Source: an uncultured virus (IMG/VR IMGVR_UViG_3300044701_002566)
Taxonomy: Duplodnaviria; Heunggongvirae; Uroviricota; Caudoviricetes
IMG/VR virus record: IMGVR_UViG_3300044701_002566
Direction: 5' to 3' (one strand)
Length of the DNA stretch: 64,000 bases
Part shown: piece by piece, positions 29,496 to 40,007 of the stretch
Position numbering within the stretch: position 1 is the first letter of the stretch
Layout: each line of letters starts with the position of its first letter
Notes under the pieces: generated by a model
What the model saw: the letters and a program-made list of their open reading frames with translations, nothing else
The model's database searches: none
Told to the model about the DNA's origin: nothing
Position numbers and translations under genes: made by a program

Positions 29496-29956
29496 TGCAG
29501 ATAGAGTTCAGCATTGAGCGGAAGGATGCCTGCGTTATCAACGGTCAACGTGCGGGCTGGAAACGATGCACCCACGCTGTCCATTGCACTCCTGAAACGT
29601 AGTTCAACCGTCTCGTCGCTGTAACTAGCGCCAATGCCAATGTAGTAGTCAGTAAAGCCAGGTACTAGCTGTTCTGAAGCCGTTAGCCAAACAGTAGTCA
29701 GCTCTAGTGTTGCCAAGCGATTGCCGTCTGCTGCTTCCACCATTCGCACAATGATTTCTTCTGCAGGAAACAACAGTCGAAACTGCTGATTCTCGCCATT
29801 GAGACTCGCCAATGCCCCGTCCGCCTGGAACGGAGCAAAGGCGTAGCTGTTGCCATTGAAAGTCTTGTTTTGCCCGACAAAGTAGTTCTGCAACTGCTGA
29901 AGCTGAGTGCCATCAGCACTGGCATAATCCAAGAACTGACAAATGCGAATGGTCAC
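29492..29956 (-). CDS. Minor tail protein (L-like)
   Basis: TFNGNSYAFAPF motif and gene position. Confidence 0.6.
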   Translation of the reverse strand: MTIRICQFLDYASADGTQLQQLQNYFVGQNKTFNGNSYAFAPFQADGALASLNGENQQFRLLFPAEEIIVRMVEAADGNRLATLELTTVWLTASEQLVPGFTDYYIGIGASYSDETVELRFRSAMDSVGASFPARTLTVDNAGILPLNAELYLQ

Positions 29957-30354
29957 AGAGTTATCTCACCTTGCAGTTCAATGGTGACATTGCTAATTCC
30001 CCTGAAAACAGACTGCACAACTGGCGGACTAGTGTACTCCCATTGAATGTTGTAGGGCTCTTGAATGAAGCCTTGCAAGTTACCTGCCATGCCAGCAAAG
30101 ATGCCATTGGGCAGTTTGAAGCGAGCGAAGCCGCCTCCAGTGTTGTCGTAGTGCCTGAGCAGTTCGATAGTGTCAGGATCTCGCAGGTTTTGATAGGTGA
30201 GGGCCAGCTTGTAGCTATGAGGCTTGTTGCCAAAGCTCCGCTTTACAGTGGCGCCAGACAGCGCCCTGTAGGTTTTAGTCGGAAATGTGCCCAGCGTAAA
30301 CTCTCGTCCAGTGGGGACGATGGAAGGGAATGTGGCGGTGTCAGACTGTGCCAT
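29953..30354 (-). CDS. Distal/minor tail protein
   Basis: Directly downstream of the tape measure gene. Confidence 0.65.
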   Translation of the reverse strand: MAQSDTATFPSIVPTGREFTLGTFPTKTYRALSGATVKRSFGNKPHSYKLALTYQNLRDPDTIELLRHYDNTGGGFARFKLPNGIFAGMAGNLQGFIQEPYNIQWEYTSPPVVQSVFRGISNVTIELQGEITL

Positions 30355-33300
30355 CAACCCCTCCTCATGCCAAGACGACCCCTGGTTGCAGGGCTTTGTT
30401 GAATCTTGTCGAGCGTCATGTTCATGCCACGCATAGCCCCGTCCTTAGCGGCTTGACGACGAGTGGTTGCCATGGCCGCCTCCAACTGATCCCGACTGAC
30501 GTATTCTACGCCGCCAATGTTGGTGGTTTCAAACTTCATCGAGAGGATGGGAGCCATGGCAGTGAGCGGGCTCATGGTGTTCATGGCATCACGCAGGGAT
30601 GCAGATTGGTCGCTCATCTTCACTGGAATGGAACGACCATCTGGCAGGGGAACGATGGCCTCGCTGTAGCGGCCTTCTCCCACCATCCCAAGCGTGGGAC
30701 CATTGACCACGCCGCCATTGGCAAAGAGCTTAATCGGACTGTTGAAGTTCCAAGGCATTCCGCTCCCTCCTGTTGCCCCACCGCCCCCAAAGATGCCAAG
30801 ACCACCAAAGCCGCCCAGAAGGCTGCCCATGCTCATTGCAATGGAGCCAATGCCGCCCAGCACGCCACTGATTCCGCCTTCCTTGATCTGACTGACGCCT
30901 GCAGTGATGCCCATGATGGAACTGGCTGCAATGCCAACAGCGGAGACAGTCTTGCCAAGGTTCTGCTGCCAAGCGGAAGCTGCAACTGCTCCCGCTTGTG
31001 ACTGCTGCACCAAAGAACCCGTCGCTTGCGCGAAGTTGGCTGTAATACTTTCTGATGCCTGAGTGAGACTGCTCATGGCAGCAGGAAGCTCAAAGAGCTT
31101 TTCAGTGGCCCCTTGTGCAAGCTCTCCTGCCTTGCCAACTGCCTCAAGATTGCCGAATCCAGCCCCTGCAGGAATCAGGGACGATGGGGCGGCAGCGCCA
31201 GTACCAGTGCCAGGTGATTGCAGAGCAGCAGTATTGCGGTCAAGAGCAGCAATCTGCCGCTCCATCTGAGCAATCACTTCTGCACGCTTGCTTTCTTCAT
31301 TGGGGAGCCCAAAGATGCTCAAGAGTTGATCCTTAAAGAACTTCTCCACTGGCTTCATTGAGAAGTCAATGAACATTGTGAACACTTGCTTAGACAGACT
31401 CTCCTGCATCTTCTTGGCGGCTTCTTTAATGTCGCCTCCGCTCATAATGTCAACAAACAAGTCTTTGTAACTGGACACCACACCTTCAACGGCGCTGTTT
31501 ACCATTGCCGTAGCTTCTTCTACTGCTTTAAGCGCATCGGCGTTCTTAAGAGCGTTGACAGCGGCGGTGAGCACTTCCGCGTTGTATCTTGCCTGCTCTG
31601 GCGTCAGTTTTTCTAGCTGCTCCCTGTATGCAGCCAGGCGATCTTGCACGCCCTGTAGTTCAACTTTGTAAACAGCCTGATTGGTTCCTCCTTCCTTGAC
31701 CAGCTCTTGATAAGCAGCCTCTCTCTCGCTTAGTTCACGAATCTTGCTCTCATACTGCGCCGCCATCAAGGCAGCGTCCTGTTCCGAGCGAGTGATTTGT
31801 TCTCGGGCTTGGATGTACTCCTCAGGTGCCCCCTCCAGCAATAGTTGATTGCGTTGCTTGAGCAGAGATTGCTCCAGTCGAAGCTGCTCAACTGGGAATG
31901 CCTCGGCCAAGTCTTCTCTTAGTCGCGCTTTAAGCTCTCCTAGATCCAGCGCAGTGCCATTGATTGATTTTTGCAATTGCCGCATGGCTTCATTGGTCCG
32001 CTCTATCTGCGCAGTTTCCACGCTGTACTCGGCCTCTTGCGCTGCGTTCACTATGGTGTTGCGAGCCCCTGAAACTGGGCGAACGGCTTGCCTTTGCCCC
32101 CCAAGTTGCAAGAACGCCATTGATTCCCCAGCCGCGCCTTGTTTGTAACCAAAAGGCGCACTTTCTTGGTGGAGATGAGCACCGCCAGCCCCTGTATCAC
32201 CAGTCTTGGCAATAATTTGATTGGCCGTAAAACGTTGTCCAACTTCCACTAATACTTCGCTTAAGTGCCCAGAGAAACCAATCACTCCATTCTCTAGTTG
32301 CACTTCCACCATCTTGCCAATGTTGCCTTTGCCTACTTTGTCAATTCGCTTGACGATGCCACCAATGGCATAAGACAAGGCGGTGCCAATGGGAGTGGCT
32401 ACGTCATAGCCTTCATGCGTGCCACCACGGTAAGCCCGAGATTCACCAGGGATGCTTGTAATAGGGAACCCTTGGAACATTTGCCCTCTACTGAAGCGCG
32501 GTGCGACAGCAGGGCGGGGAAGTGAAGGTGCCGCAGGGGGCGCCAAGAATTGACGCGCCTGACGCTGCACTTCTGGTGGTCTTGCTTGGCTTCCTCCTGG
32601 TAGCGATGGCCAAGTGCCTTGACTCAGGATTGCATCTGCAGCATCAAAGTTTCCAGCAAGAATCGCATCATAAGCCTTGGGGCGATGTTTCTTAATCCAT
32701 GCTTCCACCGCACCAGCCGCCTCGCTGTAGTTTCCAGAACGAGAGTTCATGCCGCCTGATGCAGTCAATGCTTCTCCATGGAAAGGGCCTTTGGTCTGGA
32801 AGAAGCCCATTGCTCCAGAACCCTGAGCGTTGGGGACATTCCTAATGCCCGTCTCAAGGAATGAAAGGCGTCTTAAGTAGCCTTGCATCCTGCCACCACT
32901 AGAGCCTCCGCCAACTGCTTGCTCTTGCGGCAGCAATTGAGCTGCTTGTTGTTTTGCTTGGCGCATTGCCTGAGCTGCCTTGACTTTCAACGCAGCATTG
33001 GTCATCGCAGTTTCTGCATCTGCAACGCGCTTGATCCCTCGCAGTTCAATCTCAAGCAGCTCTTTTGCATTGCGCTTGTGCTTGGCATGAAGCCCATCCA
33101 TGCCTGCAAGTTCATAATCAAACTTGGCATCAATCATTGCTTTTTGATGATCCAAGTTGCTCTCGGCAAGCTCCTTCGCAAGTTCGTAGGAAAGCCGTTC
33201 TCTTTCATTGCGGAACTCGGCACTAGCAGTAATTCGCTGGCCTTCCTGCCGAGCAAACTCTTCCGCATCTCGTCGCCGCCGTTCTGCCAGTTTCTCCGCA

Positions 33301-36300
33301 TCATCTAGCTCTTTCTGTCGCGCTTTTTCAGCTTTGTCATCACCTTGCAATTCAACTTTCTGCAACTCCTGTTGCTGCTGCTTTTGATTGTCAAGCGCCT
33401 TGGCGGCAGCAGTGTCCCTGGATGTACGAGCTGCGTTCAGCTTCGATTGAGCATCCAAAACTCTGCGCTGAGCCTCCTCTAGCTTCTTAGCCATTTCCAC
33501 TGGAGACGGACCGAGGGCTGCGCCACCAGGCCCCACGTCTTCAAATGCAGGCCCCAGCAGTCGCCTTGCCGCTGATTCTTGCAGCAGCTTGTCGTATTGC
33601 TTGCGTGCAGCGGCAAGTTCTGTATTGGCCTCCATGTACTTCTTGGCCACATCTTCTGTCATTCCACTGGCCGCAAGTTGATCCAGTTCCTGGCGGAAGC
33701 TCAGCAATTTGCCCCTGGAGGCATCGGCGTTATTGCCAAGATTTAACAGCTTTTCTCCTAGAGCATCCAAAAAGATCAACACAGCTCCAACGGCCACTCC
33801 AGTGATTGCGGTGCGTAGGGCAATAGCTGCAATTCTTGCCCCAACAGCAGCCCTCTGCAAACCAACCAGGCCCCGAGCCGCGCCAAACACGGCTAGCTGA
33901 AACTCTCGGATGGGTCCGGCGGCAATAGCAGCAATGAACAGATAGATGGCGCGAATAGTGGGCGTAATGCCAGTCACCCGCAAAATCGTGAATGAACTTG
34001 TCAATGCGCCAATGGTAAGAGACGCAGTAATGACACGGCGCCCAAAATCAGACGCAATAAAGCTCAGCAATGCGGCAGCCGTTGATGCAATGAAAGGAGT
34101 TGCTTGCAGTGCTGTTTGGCCAATCTGGCGCAGAGCTTCACCGGCTTGCACCAGTGAAGGCTTGATTGATTCAACGATGGTATAAAGCAGTCTTCCTGCG
34201 GGGGACAGTGCAGAAACAGCGGCTTCGGAATCTATTACGTTCCCAGTGAGCACCTTAAAGGCATCAGTGGTTCCAAGAATCAAAGACCTCATTTGAGGGC
34301 CAAATGTTGCAACCACTTGATTGACAAGAGGCTCTAACGCTTCGTACATCTTGAGAAGATCATTCTGCATAAGAGCAAGAGATCCCCTAAGAGTTTTTGC
34401 TGCCCCAGTAGCTCCTTTGCCGAAATCTTGGTTTAGCAGAATTGCAACATTATTGAGCACTTGACGCATTGCATCCCCCTTGAATGCGCCATCTTCCATT
34501 GCCTTGGAGAACTGAGGAATGTCCATGTTTGCAGCCCTGGCAAACAAAGACAATGCTCCAGGCAGCACATCACCCAACTGGCCGCGCAGTTCTTCCGCAG
34601 TGATCTGCCCCTTGCTGGCCATTTGACCCAAGGCATAAGTAACCCGGTCTACTTTGTCAGCGCTCATACCGAGCGTGGCCGCTGCTTTAGACACGCCCGT
34701 GAAAAGATTTTGTATCTCCTCTGCACTGAATCCCACGGGCGCCATAGAAGCGTAAATCCGTGTAAAGCCATCACGAAGACTTGTCAATGGCAAGGCAAAT
34801 CGTCCCGCCAACCCATCCAAGAACTGCAGAGATTGCTCCATTCCTGCAGCACCACCAGTCACGGCGTCAAGCTGATTGCGGAATGATTGCAGAGCGGTGG
34901 CAGCCTTCAATGCCTGTCCAGGCAGATTCATAATGAAAGCAAGCCCTTTGTATGCAGCTCCATACAGCAGCACTTGCTTTGTAGCTTGCGCAAACTCGCT
35001 AGTCAGCTCTTCAACCGCTCCCGTGAGAGGCAGTCGCGCCTGTTGCAGTGGGCTGAGATTGCCAATGAAACGATTAAGTTGACCCTGCGCTCGCCCTATT
35101 CCGCCACCGAATCCAGCGCTGGGAACCGCGCCACCACCAGGGGGCACACCGGGCGGAACCGCGCCACCACCAGGGGGCACACCGGGCGGAACCGCGCCAC
35201 CGCCAGGAGGTACGCCCGGCGGAACCGCGCCACCACTAGGAGGCACACCGGGCGGAACAAAGCCACCACCTCCACGGAACCCAGACCCACCCGCTGGAGG
35301 AAGCATCAACGGACCTTGTGGCAAGGTGCTAATCCGAGCAATTTCTACCCTTGCCTGTTTCGCTCTAAAAGCAATCGCATCATCTAATGCTTTAAGGGTT
35401 TTATCAATGGCCTGGTCGATCCTTGCCTGCTTCGCTCGCTGCTCTGCATCGCGCAATGCTTGTGCGACGTAGCCAAAAACATTAAGCGCCCTGCGAAGCT
35501 CGGCCCCACCCGCGTCTTCCCTGATGGTCGCCTCAATAACCCTGAAGTGACCTGCAAGTATCCGATTGATTCTTTCTTGCAATGCACGCGAAGATAGCGC
35601 CAGTTTGCCGCCTGGCCCTTCTTCTGCGTCGGGCATTCCATACCCGCCCATAAACGCCTGAGCAGCTCTGCGTGCATTTCCACGAGCAGTGGAGCTTGGA
35701 AGTAGACCTGCGACACCGGCAGGTCGCCCTCCTTCTTGCGCCGTCTGTATTGTTTTTGTCGCAGATTGCAGTGTCTGCCTTCTTTCAGCAGCTAACTGTA
35801 CTGGGTCCATGCCCAGCATACGAAAAACGCCTCGCGCAAACGTATCCAACACGCGAACACGTTGCCGCATCTTGCCTTCAAGAGCATTAAATGCAGCGTC
35901 CATAGAAGAAAGGACACCCTTCTCAAAACCACGCCCAACATCCTTGCCAATCTCTTCAAACTCCTTAGACGGCGATGCAATGCCAAGCGTCCGCTTGGTA
36001 GAGGCAATCAGCGTTTGACCCAGTGATTGGGCGGCTTTTTGTACTTGCGGATCTTTGCTCTTTAATCCATTGAGCAAGCCTGCGATTACATCCCTGCTAA
36101 CAGCACCCATCTGGGCGACCATCTGAGGGCGATTTTTCTTGGTTCCAGCTTCAAACCCTTCCACGCCTGCCATAGCAAGCGCCTCATAAAGACGCTTGAT
36201 CTCTGCTGCGTCCAGACCTCCCTTTGTTTTTGTTTTCGAGAACGGACCAGTGCCGATAGGCGTGGATGTTTTAGTAGTCGAAGCCGCTCTCTTCACCCGA

Positions 36301-36548
36301 TCCAGGGCTTTGATGAGATTCTCGGCATTTCTGATTTCCGCCTCTAAATTACTGACAACCTCAATCCTGAAAGTCTTTTTCGCAAACTGACGACTGATCG
36401 CAGCGTATTGGGCCTGAATTGAACGCTTGTCAAACTGCGTGCGCAGGGTGATGGGTTGACCGCCAAGCTGCGTGCCAATGGTCGAGATTTGCTGCCTGAG
36501 CAGAGTAAGATCAAGACCAACGGCTAGCCTTAGCTCAGGAGCGGCCAT
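30354..36548 (-). CDS. Tape measure protein with lysozyme-like and M23 peptidase domains
   Basis: 2064 aa; ALGQMASKGQITAEELRGQL; LETG..GFFQ..WPSLPGG; HEGYD..HL..GDTG..HLH; FANGG..GEG. Confidence 0.93.
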   Translation of the reverse strand: MAAPELRLAVGLDLTLLRQQISTIGTQLGGQPITLRTQFDKRSIQAQYAAISRQFAKKTFRIEVVSNLEAEIRNAENLIKALDRVKRAASTTKTSTPIGTGPFSKTKTKGGLDAAEIKRLYEALAMAGVEGFEAGTKKNRPQMVAQMGAVSRDVIAGLLNGLKSKDPQVQKAAQSLGQTLIASTKRTLGIASPSKEFEEIGKDVGRGFEKGVLSSMDAAFNALEGKMRQRVRVLDTFARGVFRMLGMDPVQLAAERRQTLQSATKTIQTAQEGGRPAGVAGLLPSSTARGNARRAAQAFMGGYGMPDAEEGPGGKLALSSRALQERINRILAGHFRVIEATIREDAGGAELRRALNVFGYVAQALRDAEQRAKQARIDQAIDKTLKALDDAIAFRAKQARVEIARISTLPQGPLMLPPAGGSGFRGGGGFVPPGVPPSGGAVPPGVPPGGGAVPPGVPPGGGAVPPGVPPGGGAVPSAGFGGGIGRAQGQLNRFIGNLSPLQQARLPLTGAVEELTSEFAQATKQVLLYGAAYKGLAFIMNLPGQALKAATALQSFRNQLDAVTGGAAGMEQSLQFLDGLAGRFALPLTSLRDGFTRIYASMAPVGFSAEEIQNLFTGVSKAAATLGMSADKVDRVTYALGQMASKGQITAEELRGQLGDVLPGALSLFARAANMDIPQFSKAMEDGAFKGDAMRQVLNNVAILLNQDFGKGATGAAKTLRGSLALMQNDLLKMYEALEPLVNQVVATFGPQMRSLILGTTDAFKVLTGNVIDSEAAVSALSPAGRLLYTIVESIKPSLVQAGEALRQIGQTALQATPFIASTAAALLSFIASDFGRRVITASLTIGALTSSFTILRVTGITPTIRAIYLFIAAIAAGPIREFQLAVFGAARGLVGLQRAAVGARIAAIALRTAITGVAVGAVLIFLDALGEKLLNLGNNADASRGKLLSFRQELDQLAASGMTEDVAKKYMEANTELAAARKQYDKLLQESAARRLLGPAFEDVGPGGAALGPSPVEMAKKLEEAQRRVLDAQSKLNAARTSRDTAAAKALDNQKQQQQELQKVELQGDDKAEKARQKELDDAEKLAERRRRDAEEFARQEGQRITASAEFRNERERLSYELAKELAESNLDHQKAMIDAKFDYELAGMDGLHAKHKRNAKELLEIELRGIKRVADAETAMTNAALKVKAAQAMRQAKQQAAQLLPQEQAVGGGSSGGRMQGYLRRLSFLETGIRNVPNAQGSGAMGFFQTKGPFHGEALTASGGMNSRSGNYSEAAGAVEAWIKKHRPKAYDAILAGNFDAADAILSQGTWPSLPGGSQARPPEVQRQARQFLAPPAAPSLPRPAVAPRFSRGQMFQGFPITSIPGESRAYRGGTHEGYDVATPIGTALSYAIGGIVKRIDKVGKGNIGKMVEVQLENGVIGFSGHLSEVLVEVGQRFTANQIIAKTGDTGAGGAHLHQESAPFGYKQGAAGESMAFLQLGGQRQAVRPVSGARNTIVNAAQEAEYSVETAQIERTNEAMRQLQKSINGTALDLGELKARLREDLAEAFPVEQLRLEQSLLKQRNQLLLEGAPEEYIQAREQITRSEQDAALMAAQYESKIRELSEREAAYQELVKEGGTNQAVYKVELQGVQDRLAAYREQLEKLTPEQARYNAEVLTAAVNALKNADALKAVEEATAMVNSAVEGVVSSYKDLFVDIMSGGDIKEAAKKMQESLSKQVFTMFIDFSMKPVEKFFKDQLLSIFGLPNEESKRAEVIAQMERQIAALDRNTAALQSPGTGTGAAAPSSLIPAGAGFGNLEAVGKAGELAQGATEKLFELPAAMSSLTQASESITANFAQATGSLVQQSQAGAVAASAWQQNLGKTVSAVGIAASSIMGITAGVSQIKEGGISGVLGGIGSIAMSMGSLLGGFGGLGIFGGGGATGGSGMPWNFNSPIKLFANGGVVNGPTLGMVGEGRYSEAIVPLPDGRSIPVKMSDQSASLRDAMNTMSPLTAMAPILSMKFETTNIGGVEYVSRDQLEAAMATTRRQAAKDGAMRGMNMTLDKIQQSPATRGRLGMRRG
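35122..35270. repeat. 33-bp tandem repeat in the tape measure gene (GGAVPPGVPPG, about 4.5 units)
   Basis: Units start at 35122, 35155, 35188, 35221 and 35254. Confidence 0.95.
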
Positions 36549-36586
36549 GTTATCGCAACGTGCCTATTATCCCTTAGCTTAACGAA

Positions 36587-37060
36587 CTATTCTGCATTCT
36601 CACGCGACGATGCCGTTTTGATTTCATCAGCCAACATGCCAATCACTCTTCCATCCATCCTTCTCGTCTTCAGTAGATGACGCAGCACCTTCAGGCTGTC
36701 ATCAGTGATGCCAGTCTCCTTCTGCAGTTTGCGAGTGTCAAATGGCAAGAAGTCAGCAGGGCTTGCCTTAGCCTTCTTTCCACCCAATGCACCAACAACC
36801 ACTGCCCCGAGCTTGGCAGTGGCAATGCTGTCGATGTTGTGGCGATTAACGTCCTGACGCTCAATCCACTTGATCGCCTTAATCACATCTTTAGTTCGCT
36901 GCAGGCCAAAGTTACACGCTGACCAACGATCATCTTTGTAGTCCGACGCTGATAGTCGGAAGTAAATGTCGTCCCAGCGTGTAAGGTTCTTTAGCGTGCG
37001 CCTTGCCTGTTTCTCTAGTTGTTCGACGGGGCTTCCGCCTTCGTCTTCCTCGCTTTTTTT
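36587..37060 (-). CDS. -1 frameshift extension of the tail assembly chaperone (GT-like)
   Basis: Slippery A AAA AAA at 37060-37054; the -1 frame is open without a stop to 36587. Confidence 0.85.
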   Translation of the reverse strand, partial: KKSEEDEGGSPVEQLEKQARRTLKNLTRWDDIYFRLSASDYKDDRWSACNFGLQRTKDVIKAIKWIERQDVNRHNIDSIATAKLGAVVVGALGGKKAKASPADFLPFDTRKLQKETGITDDSLKVLRHLLKTRRMDGRVIGMLADEIKTASSRENAE

Positions 37061-37560
37061 GTGGCTCCAGCCTCCGTCAGCTCAGCTTGCTGTTCGTCAG
37101 CAATGAACTCAAGCGTCTGTGCGATCAGCTTGCGCCCCATCGCCTTCGTATCATCCAGGCTCCAGTCTTCAGTGCGCTGCCACTCGCCATCCATCATGGC
37201 CTCACCGCGACAGCGCATGAAGGTGGTAACAATGCGGGCATTGCTCACTTCAACGCTGCCGACGCTGTTAAGCATCCCCAGTGTTTCCTCTGTGAAGTCG
37301 CTCAGCAGATCCATCTCGCCCATGCTTGCACCGCCCTGCAGCATGTCAAAGGCTTCTTCCAGAGCGATGCCCTTGGTCGAGGCAATCTTCTTGGCAAGTT
37401 GCACAGCGCGAATGGTCGCTTGGCTCTGAGCACGGCTTGCCTCTTCCTGTTCAATGGATTCAGCGACAAGCCAGCCACCATACTTCCGCAGCCGCAGGCC
37501 AGGCAGCAGATCGAAGTATTCAGGCTCTTCCCCTTGAAGCAGGAAACTATACTTGCTCAT
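37015..37560 (-). CDS. Tail assembly chaperone (G-like)
   Basis: Upstream of the tape measure gene; slippery site near its 3' end. Confidence 0.8.
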   Translation of the reverse strand: MSKYSFLLQGEEPEYFDLLPGLRLRKYGGWLVAESIEQEEASRAQSQATIRAVQLAKKIASTKGIALEEAFDMLQGGASMGEMDLLSDFTEETLGMLNSVGSVEVSNARIVTTFMRCRGEAMMDGEWQRTEDWSLDDTKAMGRKLIAQTLEFIADEQQAELTEAGATKKARKTKAEAPSNN

Positions 37561-37786
37561 GGCTGAGAATGTTCAGGGTGACGTTGAAAGCCTTGACGCG
37601 CTCGCTAGAAGAGCGACAATCAGAAGGCACTTCCACCAAGAAACGGTGGTTTTCATTGCAGATTGTAGCCGTGTCATCTTGAAAGGAAACAAGACACAAA
37701 ATGCCTACCTCCAGGCTTGCAGCATCCTGCTTGCAGTTGATTGCGTGAACGCGACCGTCACGACTCCACAAGTAATCAACGTGCAT
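37547..37786 (-). CDS. Hypothetical protein
   Basis: Overlapping ORF in the tail operon. Confidence 0.6.
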   Translation of the reverse strand: MHVDYLWSRDGRVHAINCKQDAASLEVGILCLVSFQDDTATICNENHRFLVEVPSDCRSSSERVKAFNVTLNILSHEQV

Positions 37787-38234
37787 TGATCTTGTCCAGT
37801 TCTTCCTGCACTCGCAACTCTAAAGCCTTGCCAGGCCCTTTCCTGAAGAAAGACGATGGGATGGCTATGTCATCGGTGAACGGCCTGCCAGGCATAAGCC
37901 TTGTACCTTCGTGAACGTAATAGGCATACTCTTGCCCACTACTGTTTGTGGCGTCCCAGTGCCAGTTAGCTTCCGCTCCAGCGACAGTCCTGTTGAGCTT
38001 AAAGCTCTTCACTCCGCTTTCGTACAAGTCGCCAAGGTCGTAAATGTCTCGCGGGCTGTCCACCACTTCACCATTTCTACGCCTTGTCTCACCGGGCCAC
38101 TTCCAGCGCCTGTCCTTGAACTTGTCGTCCCAGTGTGCGTCGTTAATGTCCTCTTCCGCCCACTTTGCAAAGGCATCAATCAACGCCTGCTCAATACGCT
38201 TGCCGCCAATGATCCTCGCCGAAATGACTGCCAT
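37776..38234 (-). CDS. HK97 gp10-like neck/tail completion protein
   Basis: DLGDLYES, YAYYVHEGT..MPGRPF motifs. Confidence 0.75.
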   Translation of the reverse strand: MAVISARIIGGKRIEQALIDAFAKWAEEDINDAHWDDKFKDRRWKWPGETRRRNGEVVDSPRDIYDLGDLYESGVKSFKLNRTVAGAEANWHWDATNSSGQEYAYYVHEGTRLMPGRPFTDDIAIPSSFFRKGPGKALELRVQEELDKINAR

Positions 38235-38638
38235 TATCTCAAGATGGTTTTGACTTCTCGATCAGGAATGATGATGCGACACCGCTCATAGGCCACATCA
38301 TCACCGGGCAGGTAGCGGAATGTTGCATCGGGAAATCGTCTCGACATTCTTTCCATTGCATCAGCAATCTGCGTACTGTCAGGGTTGTATTGCACCAGCA
38401 CCACTTCCCATTGCTTCAGGATGTCAACAATGCCAACACCCGCTTTGGGAAGCAACTCTGCATACTGCCTCATCGTCACTTCCAAGCCGCTCACCTTCCA
38501 TTCGCTAGGCACTCCCTTCTGTCCCACTACATACACGGCGGGAATGGCTTGCCCATCGGGCAGCGTATAAGAGCCAATCAGATCGGGCGATGCCGTAAGC
38601 AGCGTCGTAACAATGTCCCGCAGTTGAGCAATGTTCAC
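38234..38638 (-). CDS. Putative tail terminator
   Basis: Position and size. Confidence 0.55.
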   Translation of the reverse strand: MNIAQLRDIVTTLLTASPDLIGSYTLPDGQAIPAVYVVGQKGVPSEWKVSGLEVTMRQYAELLPKAGVGIVDILKQWEVVLVQYNPDSTQIADAMERMSRRFPDATFRYLPGDDVAYERCRIIIPDREVKTILR

Positions 38639-38641
38639 AAT

Positions 38642-38667
38642 AAAAAGCCTCCCCGTAAGGAGAGGCT
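38642..38667 (-). terminator. Intrinsic terminator after the major tail gene
   Basis: Minus strand AGCCTCTCC-ttac-GGGGAGGCT followed by TTTT. Confidence 0.75.
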
Positions 38668-38688
38668 AGCAGAACGATGGGGAGAAAA

Positions 38689-39270
38689 TCAGCTATTCGG
38701 AGCAGTGGGGATGATACTGCCGGAGCTGGTGGCATTCTGGTGGATGCCGATGCGACCACGACTGGTCAGGTCGAAGGTCACTTCAACGAGGTTATCAGCG
38801 GGATAGTTCTCGTTGTAGTTCATCACGCAGGCGCAGAAGGCCACGCGATCGTAGTAGTAGGTGGTGCCGCTCACGCCAAGCTGCTTGTTGATCTCCACAT
38901 ACACTTCATGGTCCTTGTCGTACCGCGAAGCACTAATCACTTGGAACGCTTCGTCGAAGCTGTTGGGCAGGAACGTGGTGCCGTCCACGTCCTTCTGGAA
39001 GTAGCTGGTGATCGAAGCAGTGGCCTGAGAGGTGGTGATCACGCTGTCAGCGAAGCCGCCGCCACCCAGCAGGTAGAACTCCTGATTGCCGTCGTTGAAC
39101 GCCACAGAGGCGGTCGTAGCGGCCTGCAGGGTGAAGAGGCTGGGAGCGCCGCTAACCGTGAAGGTGGCGCCGCTCTGGGTGATCACAGGACGGCCAGAGG
39201 CCAGGGTGATCGAACCAACACGCACAATAACGTCTTGGCTCTTAACCAGTTCAGTCGGATGGTAGAGCAT
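38689..39270 (-). CDS. Major tail (tube) protein
   Basis: Biased codon usage like the capsid gene; beta-rich; followed by a terminator. Confidence 0.75.
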   Translation of the reverse strand: MLYHPTELVKSQDVIVRVGSITLASGRPVITQSGATFTVSGAPSLFTLQAATTASVAFNDGNQEFYLLGGGGFADSVITTSQATASITSYFQKDVDGTTFLPNSFDEAFQVISASRYDKDHEVYVEINKQLGVSGTTYYYDRVAFCACVMNYNENYPADNLVEVTFDLTSRGRIGIHQNATSSGSIIPTAPNS

Positions 39271-39307
39271 TGCGAAATCCTCAATGGGAAGAGAGAGTGG
39301 TTAAGCG

Positions 39308-39694
39308 TCAGACGTTCTGCACGCTTCCTTTGCCAACCAGTCTAAAAATGCCTCTGATTGGCGTGCCTAAGAACTGCCAATAATGCTCGGCAATGTGCTC
39401 GTTAGGCAATAGCTCAAACCGTCCCTCCCTTCCATTGATGGTTGCTGCAGCAGAACTTCCTGGGGTAATGCCTGACAATGCCAGAGGCCCTGTCAATCTG
39501 CCTTCCATGTACACTGCCGTGTTGTCAGCGCCCAGAAGGTAGTCATACCGTGGATTGTTCTTCTGTTTGAGCGTGGCATAGTACGTCACGCCTGATGACA
39601 GACCAACGTAGTTACCAGTTTCTTCGTCCAGAACATAGCCAGACGACACTTGCCAAACCAAAGTGGCATTAGCGAGTGGCGACAGTCCGTTCAT
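39308..39694 (-). CDS. Head closure/head-tail joining protein
   Basis: Position; LDEETGNYV pattern. Confidence 0.55.
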   Translation of the reverse strand: MNGLSPLANATLVWQVSSGYVLDEETGNYVGLSSGVTYYATLKQKNNPRYDYLLGADNTAVYMEGRLTGPLALSGITPGSSAAATINGREGRFELLPNEHIAEHYWQFLGTPIRGIFRLVGKGSVQNV

Positions 39695-40005
39695 GCGACA
39701 AAGCCAATGGAAGATGAACCGGCGACGGATTCAAGCATTCGTTTGAACTCTTGACCATACTGAGTGGCCTCCAGTCCTTTGCCGTACACCTTGCCGTCAG
39801 TGGCGCCAATTTGAACGCCCATCTGTGCAAGTTGAATGGCGATGATGTGGGCAGCAAGATGTTTGACGGCACGATCAGTTTGATCCCCGAAAATCACCTC
39901 GCCCACGTCCGCAGTTGCTTCGCTGATGGCTCCATTGACGATCCCCGATGGATGGGGTTCAAACTCAGGAAACCGATCAAGGAAGGTCGCGTAGGTGACG
40001 GCCAT
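39691..40005 (-). CDS. Head-tail adaptor (DUF4054-like)
   Basis: FLDRFPEF, LAAH and TQYGQEF motifs. Confidence 0.8.
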   Translation of the reverse strand: MAVTYATFLDRFPEFEPHPSGIVNGAISEATADVGEVIFGDQTDRAVKHLAAHIIAIQLAQMGVQIGATDGKVYGKGLEATQYGQEFKRMLESVAGSSSIGFVA

Positions 40006-40007
40006 AA

